Position numbers and translations under genes: made by a program | DNA from: Prochloraceae cyanobacterium PL24a_bin.78 | GTDB taxonomy: Bacteria > Cyanobacteriota > Cyanobacteriia > Cyanobacteriales > JANQIW01 | Direction: 5' to 3' | Assembly (NCBI GenBank): GCA_028281945.1 | Contig: JANQIW010000050.1 | Location: 1 to 19,723 of the forward strand | Length of the DNA: 19,723 nt | Shown: positions 13,483 to 19,723 of the stretch, one piece after another | Layout of the letters: each line of letters begins with the position of its first letter | Numbering within the stretch: position 1 is the first letter of the stretch | Notes under the pieces: generated by a model | What the model was told of the DNA's origin: nothing | Seen by the model: only the letters and a program-made list of their open reading frames with translations | Databases searched by the model: none

Positions 13483-15063
13483 ATGCAAAAATATCTCAAA
13501 TATTTGTTCTTCCTAAATATATTTTTATTAAGTGCTGCAATAGTAGCTAGATTAGTGTCTCAAAGCTGGTCAATATTTAGTATTGTCTTATTAATAGCAG
13601 GAATTATTAGCTCTATTATTTGGACATTTTATATAACATCAAAGCAAAAGTTTTGGCAATTAAGATCGACAGAAGCAGGAACAAATGCTTTAATTTCTAG
13701 CATATCAGTTATAGCAATTCTAGTATTGATTAACTTTTTAGGAGTTAATTATCTAACAGAAATAGACTTAACCGAAAACCAACTATTAACTCTTTCTACT
13801 CAAACCCAAGAAGTTGTAGAAAATTTAAAACAACCAATTAAAATCTTTCTATTTGTGCCTCAAAAAGATCAAGCAAACCAACAGTTATTAGAAAATTATA
13901 GTAGTTATAATTCTCTGTTTGAATATCAATTTGTCGATCCTGATTCTAATATTGAATTAGCCAGAAAATTTAACGTAAAATCTCTAGGAGAAGTTTATAT
14001 AGAATATGAAAACAAAAGAGAATTAGTCAAAAAAATCGATAGACTAGAAAGTATTGACGAAGCAACTTTAACTAATGCAATTCTCAAAATTCAAAGGGAT
14101 AGCAAATTATATATTTATTTTCTACAAGGCCATGGAGAAGCCACTTTAGATGCTAATGAAGGTGGGCTTTTTCAAGCAATTACTAGCTTACAAGAAAAAG
14201 GTTATATAGTAGGCACTTTAAACTTAGCAGAAACTTCCACAATACCAGAAAATACTAATGCTATTACTATTATTAATCCTCAGCGAAAATTACTCCCAGG
14301 GGAAATAACAATTCTCCAAAATTATCTAGATAATGGTGGGAATTTATTAGTAATGTTAGATGCCGAAATTAATTCTAATTTAGATACTTTGTTGGAAAAA
14401 TGGGGTATTAAATTAGATAATCGCTTGATTTTAGATGCTTCTGGCGCAGGGGCGTTATTAGGTTTAGGGCCAGCAGCTACTTTAATTACTAATTATGGCA
14501 CTCATCCCATTACAGAAGATTTCTCAGAAGGCATATCTATTTATCCTTTTGCTCGCCCTATTAATATTAATGATGTAGAAAATATCGAAAAAACCCCTTT
14601 ATTAATTACCAATCGAGATACTTGGGGGGAAAGTAATTTAGAAGGAGAAGCAGCAGAATTCAATCCTAATGAAGATCTACAGGGTCCTTTAAATATGGCT
14701 TTTGCTCTCATTCGTAACGATGAATCTTCTCAAAATTCTGACTCTAATCCTAATTCTGAAGCAAATAATACAGAAGAAAATCCTTCAAAAACTGCTAAAT
14801 CTAAATTAGTTATTATAGGTAATGGAACTTTCGCCACTAATGGTTGGTTTGAACAACAGTTAAATGGAGATATGTTTCTTAATTCTGTTAGTTGGTTAGC
14901 AGGAGAAGATGATGCAAATATTTCCATTCGTCCTAAAGAACCTAAAAACCGACGTATTAATTTACTTAATTGGCAAGCAGGAATTATTACTTGGTTAGCA
15001 TTAGTAGTGATGCCTTTATTAGCATTTACTACTGCATTAGGGATTTGGTGGCAAAGACGTTAA
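13483..15063 (+). CDS. GldG-like ABC-transporter auxiliary protein (ABC-type uncharacterized transport system family)
   Basis: It has N-terminal TM helices, a large soluble domain (FLQGHGE..., LLVMLDAE..., HPITEDF...) and a C-terminal TM helix (IITWLALVVMPLLAFTTALGIWW). I chose ATG 13483, while the ORF track uses an upstream TTG at 13456. The position after the ABC-2 permease is typical. Confidence 0.8.
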   Translation: MQKYLKYLFFLNIFLLSAAIVARLVSQSWSIFSIVLLIAGIISSIIWTFYITSKQKFWQLRSTEAGTNALISSISVIAILVLINFLGVNYLTEIDLTENQLLTLSTQTQEVVENLKQPIKIFLFVPQKDQANQQLLENYSSYNSLFEYQFVDPDSNIELARKFNVKSLGEVYIEYENKRELVKKIDRLESIDEATLTNAILKIQRDSKLYIYFLQGHGEATLDANEGGLFQAITSLQEKGYIVGTLNLAETSTIPENTNAITIINPQRKLLPGEITILQNYLDNGGNLLVMLDAEINSNLDTLLEKWGIKLDNRLILDASGAGALLGLGPAATLITNYGTHPITEDFSEGISIYPFARPININDVENIEKTPLLITNRDTWGESNLEGEAAEFNPNEDLQGPLNMAFALIRNDESSQNSDSNPNSEANNTEENPSKTAKSKLVIIGNGTFATNGWFEQQLNGDMFLNSVSWLAGEDDANISIRPKEPKNRRINLLNWQAGIITWLALVVMPLLAFTTALGIWWQRR

Positions 15064-15092
15064 TTTAAATTTAATTTAAGCCAAAATAAGTT

Positions 15093-15722
15093 ATGAAAAT
15101 TAATTCTAGTAGTTTAGCTTTATTAATTATTGCTTGTAGTTTAGGAATATTTGTTTACTTTTACGAAATTCAAGGTAGTGAAAAACGAGAAATTATTCAA
15201 ACTAATAGCAAAAAACTTTTTAATTTTACTAAAGAAGATATTCAAACATTTAGTATCTTAAAACAAGATCAAATTCTTCAATTTGAAAAAAGCGGTAAAC
15301 AACCTAAACCTTGGCAGATGAAACAGCCAAATGATACACTTGCCAGCGATGCGGCTATTTCTTTTTTATTAAATTTATTGGTTAATTCTGACAAAGATCG
15401 ATCAGTGAAAATATCTAGTCAGCAACTATCAGAATATGGCTTAGAAAATCCTTTAGCTAACATAGACATTCAACTTAAAAATGGAAAGTATCACCAATTA
15501 ATTTTAGGAAATACTAACTTTAATAATAGTTTAATTTATGCTTTAGTAGATACTTCAGATAATATCCAAACTGAATTTGAAGTATTTTTATTGCCAATTA
15601 ATTTTAAATATGCCGTAGAAAGACAGTTAGAAGAATGGCAAGAACCAGAATTAAATTCTGAAAATTTAAATCTTCCTGAAGTTAATTCACAAGATAAGGA
15701 GAATCAAAACCTACAAAATTAA
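15093..15722 (+). CDS. DUF4340-like membrane-anchored protein, the usual partner of GldG-like genes
   Basis: 209 aa with an N-terminal TM segment (LALLIIACSLGIFVYFY) and a KPWQMKQP...AD..AI..LL..L segment. It sits directly after the GldG-like gene. The family call is from context and memory. Confidence 0.6.
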   Translation: MKINSSSLALLIIACSLGIFVYFYEIQGSEKREIIQTNSKKLFNFTKEDIQTFSILKQDQILQFEKSGKQPKPWQMKQPNDTLASDAAISFLLNLLVNSDKDRSVKISSQQLSEYGLENPLANIDIQLKNGKYHQLILGNTNFNNSLIYALVDTSDNIQTEFEVFLLPINFKYAVERQLEEWQEPELNSENLNLPEVNSQDKENQNLQN

Positions 15723-15851
15723 AGACTCAAAATACACAAAAGATAACAAGGCTAGGCTTTTTAGAAAAATATTATTAGAAATCTTGAAGAGATAATTAGT
15801 CATTAGACAATTGTTATAATTAATCAAATTCAATCAAGGTAATTTGAGATT

Positions 15852-16283
15852 ATGAAGAAACCAGCAATTTTTCATCTTGCAATTCCCATTAACGATATTG
15901 CTAAAGCAAAAAGCTTTTATACATCTTTAGGATGTGAGATAGGCAGAGAAAATCCTCATGCTATTATTCTCGACTTTTATGGACATCAAGTTGTTTGTCA
16001 TATGACAAAAGATGAACTTGCCCCTCAAAAAGGTATTTATCCTCGACATTTTGGCTTAGTTTTCCATGAAGAATCAGATTGGGAAAATATTTTTGCACGG
16101 GCACAAGAGCATAATTTATCTTTTTGTCAAGAATCTAAAGTACGATTTCCTGGTAAAATAACTGAACATCGTACTTTTTTCTTAGAAGATCCTTTTTATA
16201 ACTTGTTGGAGTTTAAATTTTACCGTAATTTTGAAGCTATTTTTGGCGCACGTGAAATTGTAGAGATTGGCGATCGCACCTAG
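15852..16283 (+). CDS. VOC (glyoxalase/bleomycin-resistance/dioxygenase fold) family protein
   Basis: 143 aa. It reads FHLAIPINDIAKAKSFYTSLGCEIGRE...FYGHQVVCH...RHFGLVF...FFLEDPFYNLLEFKF, which fits the beta-alpha-beta-beta-beta module pattern. Confidence 0.7.
   Translation: MKKPAIFHLAIPINDIAKAKSFYTSLGCEIGRENPHAIILDFYGHQVVCHMTKDELAPQKGIYPRHFGLVFHEESDWENIFARAQEHNLSFCQESKVRFPGKITEHRTFFLEDPFYNLLEFKFYRNFEAIFGAREIVEIGDRT
16270..16277. other. HIP1 octamer GCGATCGC, a cyanobacterial highly iterated palindrome
   Basis: This is the only exact match in the window, inside the 3' end of the VOC gene. Near-matches with a CGATCG core occur at about 284, 906, 3261 and 9241-9265. Confidence 0.9.
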
Positions 16284-16418
16284 AGCTTAATTATCTAAAT
16301 AATATTAGGAAGAATAGTAGGAATAAAAATAAAAAATATACTAAAATACTTACTATTTTCTTTTTATTAGATAAAATTAAAATGTTTAAATATATTATCT
16401 TTAATAATTAAATCATAG

Positions 16419-17342
16419 ATGACAACAAAAGCTCACGATCAATTTGCCAAACAGTATTTAGCAGAATTACTAAAACCATTAGGAAAAGTAGAAATTAGTC
16501 GAGAAATACCAGGAGAAGCCCGTCAAATAGATCTATATTTTGGAGGAATTCAAGAGCAATCAGAATTATCACAAAGCTTAGGATTATTAGGTCAAATGAT
16601 TTCAACGGCAAGTTTATTTGAGCCTTTTCGCAATCAACCAAGTAAAAGTGAAATTCGCTCCTGTTTAATCAAACTATTTTCTCTCCAAAGTGAAATACAA
16701 CGCCAAGCCAGAAGAGAAAAAACTACAGTTAGTGAAAAAGATTTCCCCATCTTGTGGATAATTACATCTTCAGCATCTGCTGCATTACTCAATAGTTTTG
16801 GCTTCCAACCCCAACTAGATTCTTGGATAGAGGGAGTTTATTTCTTACCAGAAGCATTAAAAACAGCTTTGGTAGCAGCCAATCAGTTACCAAAAACGAC
16901 AGATACTCTATGGTTAAGAATTTTAGGCAAAGGTAAAATACAAGAAGAAGCAATTCAAGAATTGATTGATTTGCCAGAAGATTTTCCTTTAAAGCTTAAT
17001 ATTTTAGAAGAAATCGCTTCTTGGCGAGTGAATATACAATTAAAACAGAATCCAACAACAGAAGAGAGGGATTTAATTATGACTTTATCACCAGCCTACC
17101 TGAAATGGCGTGAACAAACTTTACTTGAAGGTAGACAACAAGGTATGCAACAAGGTAGTTTACAAGAGCGTCGAATAATTATCGAAAATTTACTGAAAGT
17201 TAAATTTGGTTCTTTAGATGAAAAACTGACAGAAGTTATTGATTCATTATTAGTTTTATCTTCTGAAGAATTTAGCTTAGTAATTTTTGAATTAGTAAGC
17301 TTATCTAATGAAGAAATTTTAGAGCGTTTTGGACAAAATTAA
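16419..17342 (+). CDS. Conserved cyanobacterial protein, Rpn/PD-(D/E)XK putative-transposase-like N-terminus with a DUF4351-like C-terminus
   Basis: The N-terminus is HDQFAKQYLAELLKPLGKVEISREIPGEARQIDLYF...LFEPFRNQPS. The C-terminus is LLEGRQQGMQQGSLQERRIIIENLLKVKFGSLDEKLTEVIDSL..LSSEEF. The family call is from memory. No terminal inverted repeats are evident. Confidence 0.5.
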   Translation: MTTKAHDQFAKQYLAELLKPLGKVEISREIPGEARQIDLYFGGIQEQSELSQSLGLLGQMISTASLFEPFRNQPSKSEIRSCLIKLFSLQSEIQRQARREKTTVSEKDFPILWIITSSASAALLNSFGFQPQLDSWIEGVYFLPEALKTALVAANQLPKTTDTLWLRILGKGKIQEEAIQELIDLPEDFPLKLNILEEIASWRVNIQLKQNPTTEERDLIMTLSPAYLKWREQTLLEGRQQGMQQGSLQERRIIIENLLKVKFGSLDEKLTEVIDSLLVLSSEEFSLVIFELVSLSNEEILERFGQN

Positions 17343-17402
17343 TAAATAATTCCTAAATCTAGATCTCATTGAAAGAGGATTGAATTATTGACTTATTTTA
17401 TT

Positions 17403-17804
17403 CTATCTGATTATCCATTCAGCTTTTGGAGGAGCACCTGAAATAATGTCAATGCAATCATTTTCAGTGTATATACCATAATGTATTAAGTTTTCCCCTT
17501 CACAAATACCTTGACTTGTTTGATGAAACCATTCTAGATAGTCTGAGTTATCTACTATGAATGTATTTCCTCTTTTTAGGCTTTCTTCCTCATATACAAA
17601 AGACCAATATAAAAAATAGCTTTCGTATATATGCTTATGGCTTAAATGATAATCAAATTTTATATAGAACTCTTTTTCATAGTCATGTTTAAAATATAAG
17701 TGCAATACCAACAAGCCTTCGTCATTTTGATGAAGATTTTCTAAATGCAAATTTACAAAACATCCAGTTAACGGTTCCCATTTTTTTAATACGTTTTTTT
17801 GCAT
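17403..17804 (-). CDS. Hypothetical protein, 133 aa, no recognisable family. It has possible immunity-protein-like size and context.
   Basis: ATG ORF, aromatic-rich and soluble (FIVDNSDYLEWFHQTSQG...LIHYGIYTENDCIDIISGAPPKAEW). A start-less ORF fragment ends 8 nt upstream on the same strand. Confidence 0.5.
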   Translation of the reverse strand: MQKNVLKKWEPLTGCFVNLHLENLHQNDEGLLVLHLYFKHDYEKEFYIKFDYHLSHKHIYESYFLYWSFVYEEESLKRGNTFIVDNSDYLEWFHQTSQGICEGENLIHYGIYTENDCIDIISGAPPKAEWIIR

Positions 17805-17812
17805 AAGGATTA

Positions 17813-17965
17813 TTATCTAAATCTAATTTTTATTATTTTATTCCCCTCTTGTATTTCTAGAGTGGGCAAACTTTCCCCTAATGTGCTTCCATCTCTTACT
17901 AAAACTTTTCTTCCATCAGCTAAATCCCCTCTTCTGCCAGAAAGACTAACACCAGCACTACTATA
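17813..17965 (-). pseudogene. Start-less 50-codon open frame, a possible 3' remnant of a lost upstream gene
   Basis: The minus-strand frame reads YSSAGVSLSGRRGDLADGRKVLVRDGSTLGESLPTLEIQEGNKIIKIRFR*. It is bounded upstream by TAG (17966-17968) and contains no ATG or GTG. It lies in a 288-nt gap with no other annotation. Confidence 0.25.
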
Positions 17966-18092
17966 CTATATAATTTGATCCTCAATTTTATTAAAAAAAG
18001 TAAAGAAAAGCTAAATATTTACGAATGAGTTTGATTATTTTTTCTCGTAAAAATAATATTGAACTTTTAATTAGATTTTTAATATTTAAAAA

Positions 18093-19502
18093 CTAAGAAA
18101 ATTCATGTTTTTTCAATTTAGAAGATAATTCAGACTTAATGCGATTAAGAATAGAACCTTTATCAAGAGACTCAAGAATGCGAGTAACCACCACATTAGG
18201 CCCATCAGGACCCCAACAAGCACCATTAGCCAAATAAACTTGAGTAATTTGCCCGATCGCATAAGAGGAAAAACCAGCCACTGCGCCTTGAGTAATAGCG
18301 ATAGAGAAATAAGGCAAAAGAGAAATACCCCCAGTAAGAGGAGCAGAAATACCTAAAATCCCTTTCAACGAACTCAAACCCAAAGAAGCCAACAACTCAC
18401 TAGCACTAATACCACCCATAGCCATAGCAATTTTTTGTAACAAACCCACCGCCGCCTTCTGAGTCATAGGAATCCCATAAAGATGAGACAAAGTCAAAAT
18501 CATCGCCACATCAATAATTGCCCCAGAAAACAAATCCAAAGCCGTCACAGGATTCAAAGCAATAGCCATCGCCTTAATCATCACCGCCCTACCAATCAAC
18601 TTTTTAGCAGCAGTCGCGCGAATTAACATTTTACGCTGGACTAACTTTTGATTCACCTCACCAGCACAAAGCATAGTATTGATAGCAACTAAAGATTTCC
18701 CTTCACGCTCTAAAATATCCAAAATTTTCACCTTCAAATCATCAATCTGAGATTCCCCTCGATAACGCTTAATCTTTACCCTTCCATCCTCACCCTGAAC
18801 TTTTTCCGTCACTAAAGGAGAAGCCGCCACCATCACAATTTCATCAGGAGACAGTAATTCTTTCACTCTATCGTCCTTAATTTTATGATAAATCGCCAAA
18901 CGATCCGCTTCAGGATAACGATCTATTTTGTTAAATACTAGAATCATGGGCTTACCCACATCTCTTAACCGAGAAAGAGCCTCATATTCCACCTTGCATA
19001 AATCTTCAGAAATAACAAATAGAATCAAATCCACCTGTTTAGCCATTTGAATCGCCAATCTTTCCCGTTCCTCTCCGTTAACCTCATCAATACCAGGGGT
19101 ATCAATCAATTGAATCCGAGAATTATTAAAACCTTTAAGAGTAACTTTCCTCGCCTTTCGATTTTCATTAGCATTAAAATCCCAATCAGCAACATCAGAA
19201 TCACGAGTAACACCATGAATAGCACCAGTTTGGAAGATATTTTTACCCAAAAGAGCATTAAGAACCGAAGATTTACCACGCCCTACCATGCCAAAAGCAG
19301 CAATTTGTACCACAGATTGTTCCAACTTTTCCAACATAAAAGTAAGATTATTTATTTGAATTTCTAATCCAGCCTGTTCTTGAGAAGAAAGATCCAGATT
19401 ATTAACTAAATTTTTCAAAGAATTCTGAGCTTGTTTATAATTTAACTCTTCTTGAATTTCTTCAAAACTTAAAATAGCATCTTCAAAGGAAATATTAGAC
19501 AA
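18093..19502 (-). CDS. GTP-binding protein (MMR_HSR1-type GTPase domain) with a C-terminal DUF697/YcjF-like membrane domain
   Basis: G1 is GMVGRGKSSVLNALLG, G3 is DTPGIDE and G4 is NKIDR. The C-terminal hydrophobic region reads AMAIALNPVTALDLFSGAIIDVAMILTLSHLYG... The start is TTG at 19500-19502, with GGAGG 6 nt upstream. Confidence 0.88.
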   Translation of the reverse strand: MSNISFEDAILSFEEIQEELNYKQAQNSLKNLVNNLDLSSQEQAGLEIQINNLTFMLEKLEQSVVQIAAFGMVGRGKSSVLNALLGKNIFQTGAIHGVTRDSDVADWDFNANENRKARKVTLKGFNNSRIQLIDTPGIDEVNGEERERLAIQMAKQVDLILFVISEDLCKVEYEALSRLRDVGKPMILVFNKIDRYPEADRLAIYHKIKDDRVKELLSPDEIVMVAASPLVTEKVQGEDGRVKIKRYRGESQIDDLKVKILDILEREGKSLVAINTMLCAGEVNQKLVQRKMLIRATAAKKLIGRAVMIKAMAIALNPVTALDLFSGAIIDVAMILTLSHLYGIPMTQKAAVGLLQKIAMAMGGISASELLASLGLSSLKGILGISAPLTGGISLLPYFSIAITQGAVAGFSSYAIGQITQVYLANGACWGPDGPNVVVTRILESLDKGSILNRIKSELSSKLKKHEFS

Positions 19503-19508
19503 TTCACA

Positions 19509-19513
19509 CCTCC
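19509..19513 (-). promoter_or_regulatory. Shine-Dalgarno GGAGG for the GTPase gene
   Basis: The minus strand reads tttaGGAGGtgtgaaTTGtctaat, giving a 6-nt spacer to the TTG start. Confidence 0.65.
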
Positions 19514-19556
19514 TAAAGGATAAATAATATGGTTTTCTTTAACTATGATAGACATT

Positions 19557-19669
19557 GGGGAGAATAGGAGAATGGAAAAATGGGAGAATGGGGGAATGGA
19601 AAAATGGGAGAATGGGGGAATGGAAAAATGGGAGAATGGGAGAATGGGAGAATGGGAGAATGGGAGGAA
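19557..19669. repeat. Tandem array of purine-rich 8-nt units (GGGAGAAT)n with GGAAAAAT and GGGGGAAT variants, the reverse complement of the unit at 1-174
   Basis: It reads ggggagaataggagaatggaaaaatgggagaatgggggaatggaaaaatggg...gggagaatgggagaatgggagaatgggagaatgggagg. It lies 55 nt upstream of the GTPase start. Confidence 0.95.
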
Positions 19670-19723
19670 TTTAATATATCTTCTGATTTCTTAACTTCTT
19701 ACTTTTTACTTAATCAAGGTTAA

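Noticed and set aside
16419-17342. An active IS element or transposase.
   Set aside because: The Rpn/DUF4351-like proteins are only distantly transposase-related. I see no flanking inverted repeats or duplicated target, and the putative nuclease core (LFEPFRNQ in place of an E.Q/K-type motif) is uncertain.
1110-19556. Rho-independent terminators after the convergent or terminal genes (about 1110-1128, 4875-4920, 8978-9042, 15723-15800, 17343-17402).
   Set aside because: I could not find a GC-rich stem followed by a T-run at any of these sites, only weak AT palindromes (for example atctagat at about 17358). A folding program would be needed.
1-19723. The inverted repeat arrays at both window ends as terminal inverted repeats of a roughly 19.5-kb transposon or genomic island.
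   Set aside because: The arrays are simple 8-9 nt microsatellites, not unique TIRs. The window contains no transposase or integrase gene, no tRNA gene and no target-site duplication. Much of the cargo is housekeeping (psb32, the ABC-2 operon, a GTPase). A promoter-proximal STRR-like repeat explains them better.

Overview
The window is AT-rich, protein-dense DNA from a low-GC cyanobacterium. Evidence for that origin: one perfect HIP1 octamer GCGATCGC at 16270-16277, several near-HIP1 CGATCG cores, a Psb32-type TPM gene, and STRR-like short tandem repeats. I support 16 protein-coding genes. (1) 342-1512 holds psb32-like and DUF4346-like genes, convergent. (2) 1744-8977 is a co-oriented accessory block and the most interesting part: a small helical ORF, an NB-ARC + TPR STAND NTPase, a decayed TPR paralog carrying repeat copies, a TPR-only ORF that starts mid-repeat, and a trypsin-fold protease fused to 7 WD40 blades. 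The small ORF ends in an in-phase A_AAA_AAG slippery heptamer, and its -1 frame runs straight into the NB-ARC domain. I read this block as an NLR-like conflict, defence or cell-death cassette that I cannot match to a named system. (3) 9043-15722 is an ABC-2 / GldG-like / DUF4340 transporter operon. It is interrupted after the ATPase by a Zn-ribbon Ser/Thr kinase-FGE-like fusion (32-nt overlap with the ATPase gene) and a HAD phosphatase. (4) 15852-19502 holds a VOC-fold protein, an Rpn/DUF4351-like protein, an orphan 133-aa ORF abutting a start-less gene fragment, and a GTPase-DUF697 gene with a TTG start and a strong GGAGG. Both window ends carry arrays of the same 8-9 nt unit (GGGAGAAT / ATTCTCCC) in inverted orientation, each just upstream of an inward-facing gene. 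Short perfect tandem duplications of 12-22 bp recur across the window. I found no rRNA, tRNA, CRISPR array, transposase or reverse transcriptase. All family assignments come from motif recognition by eye and memory, not from searches.
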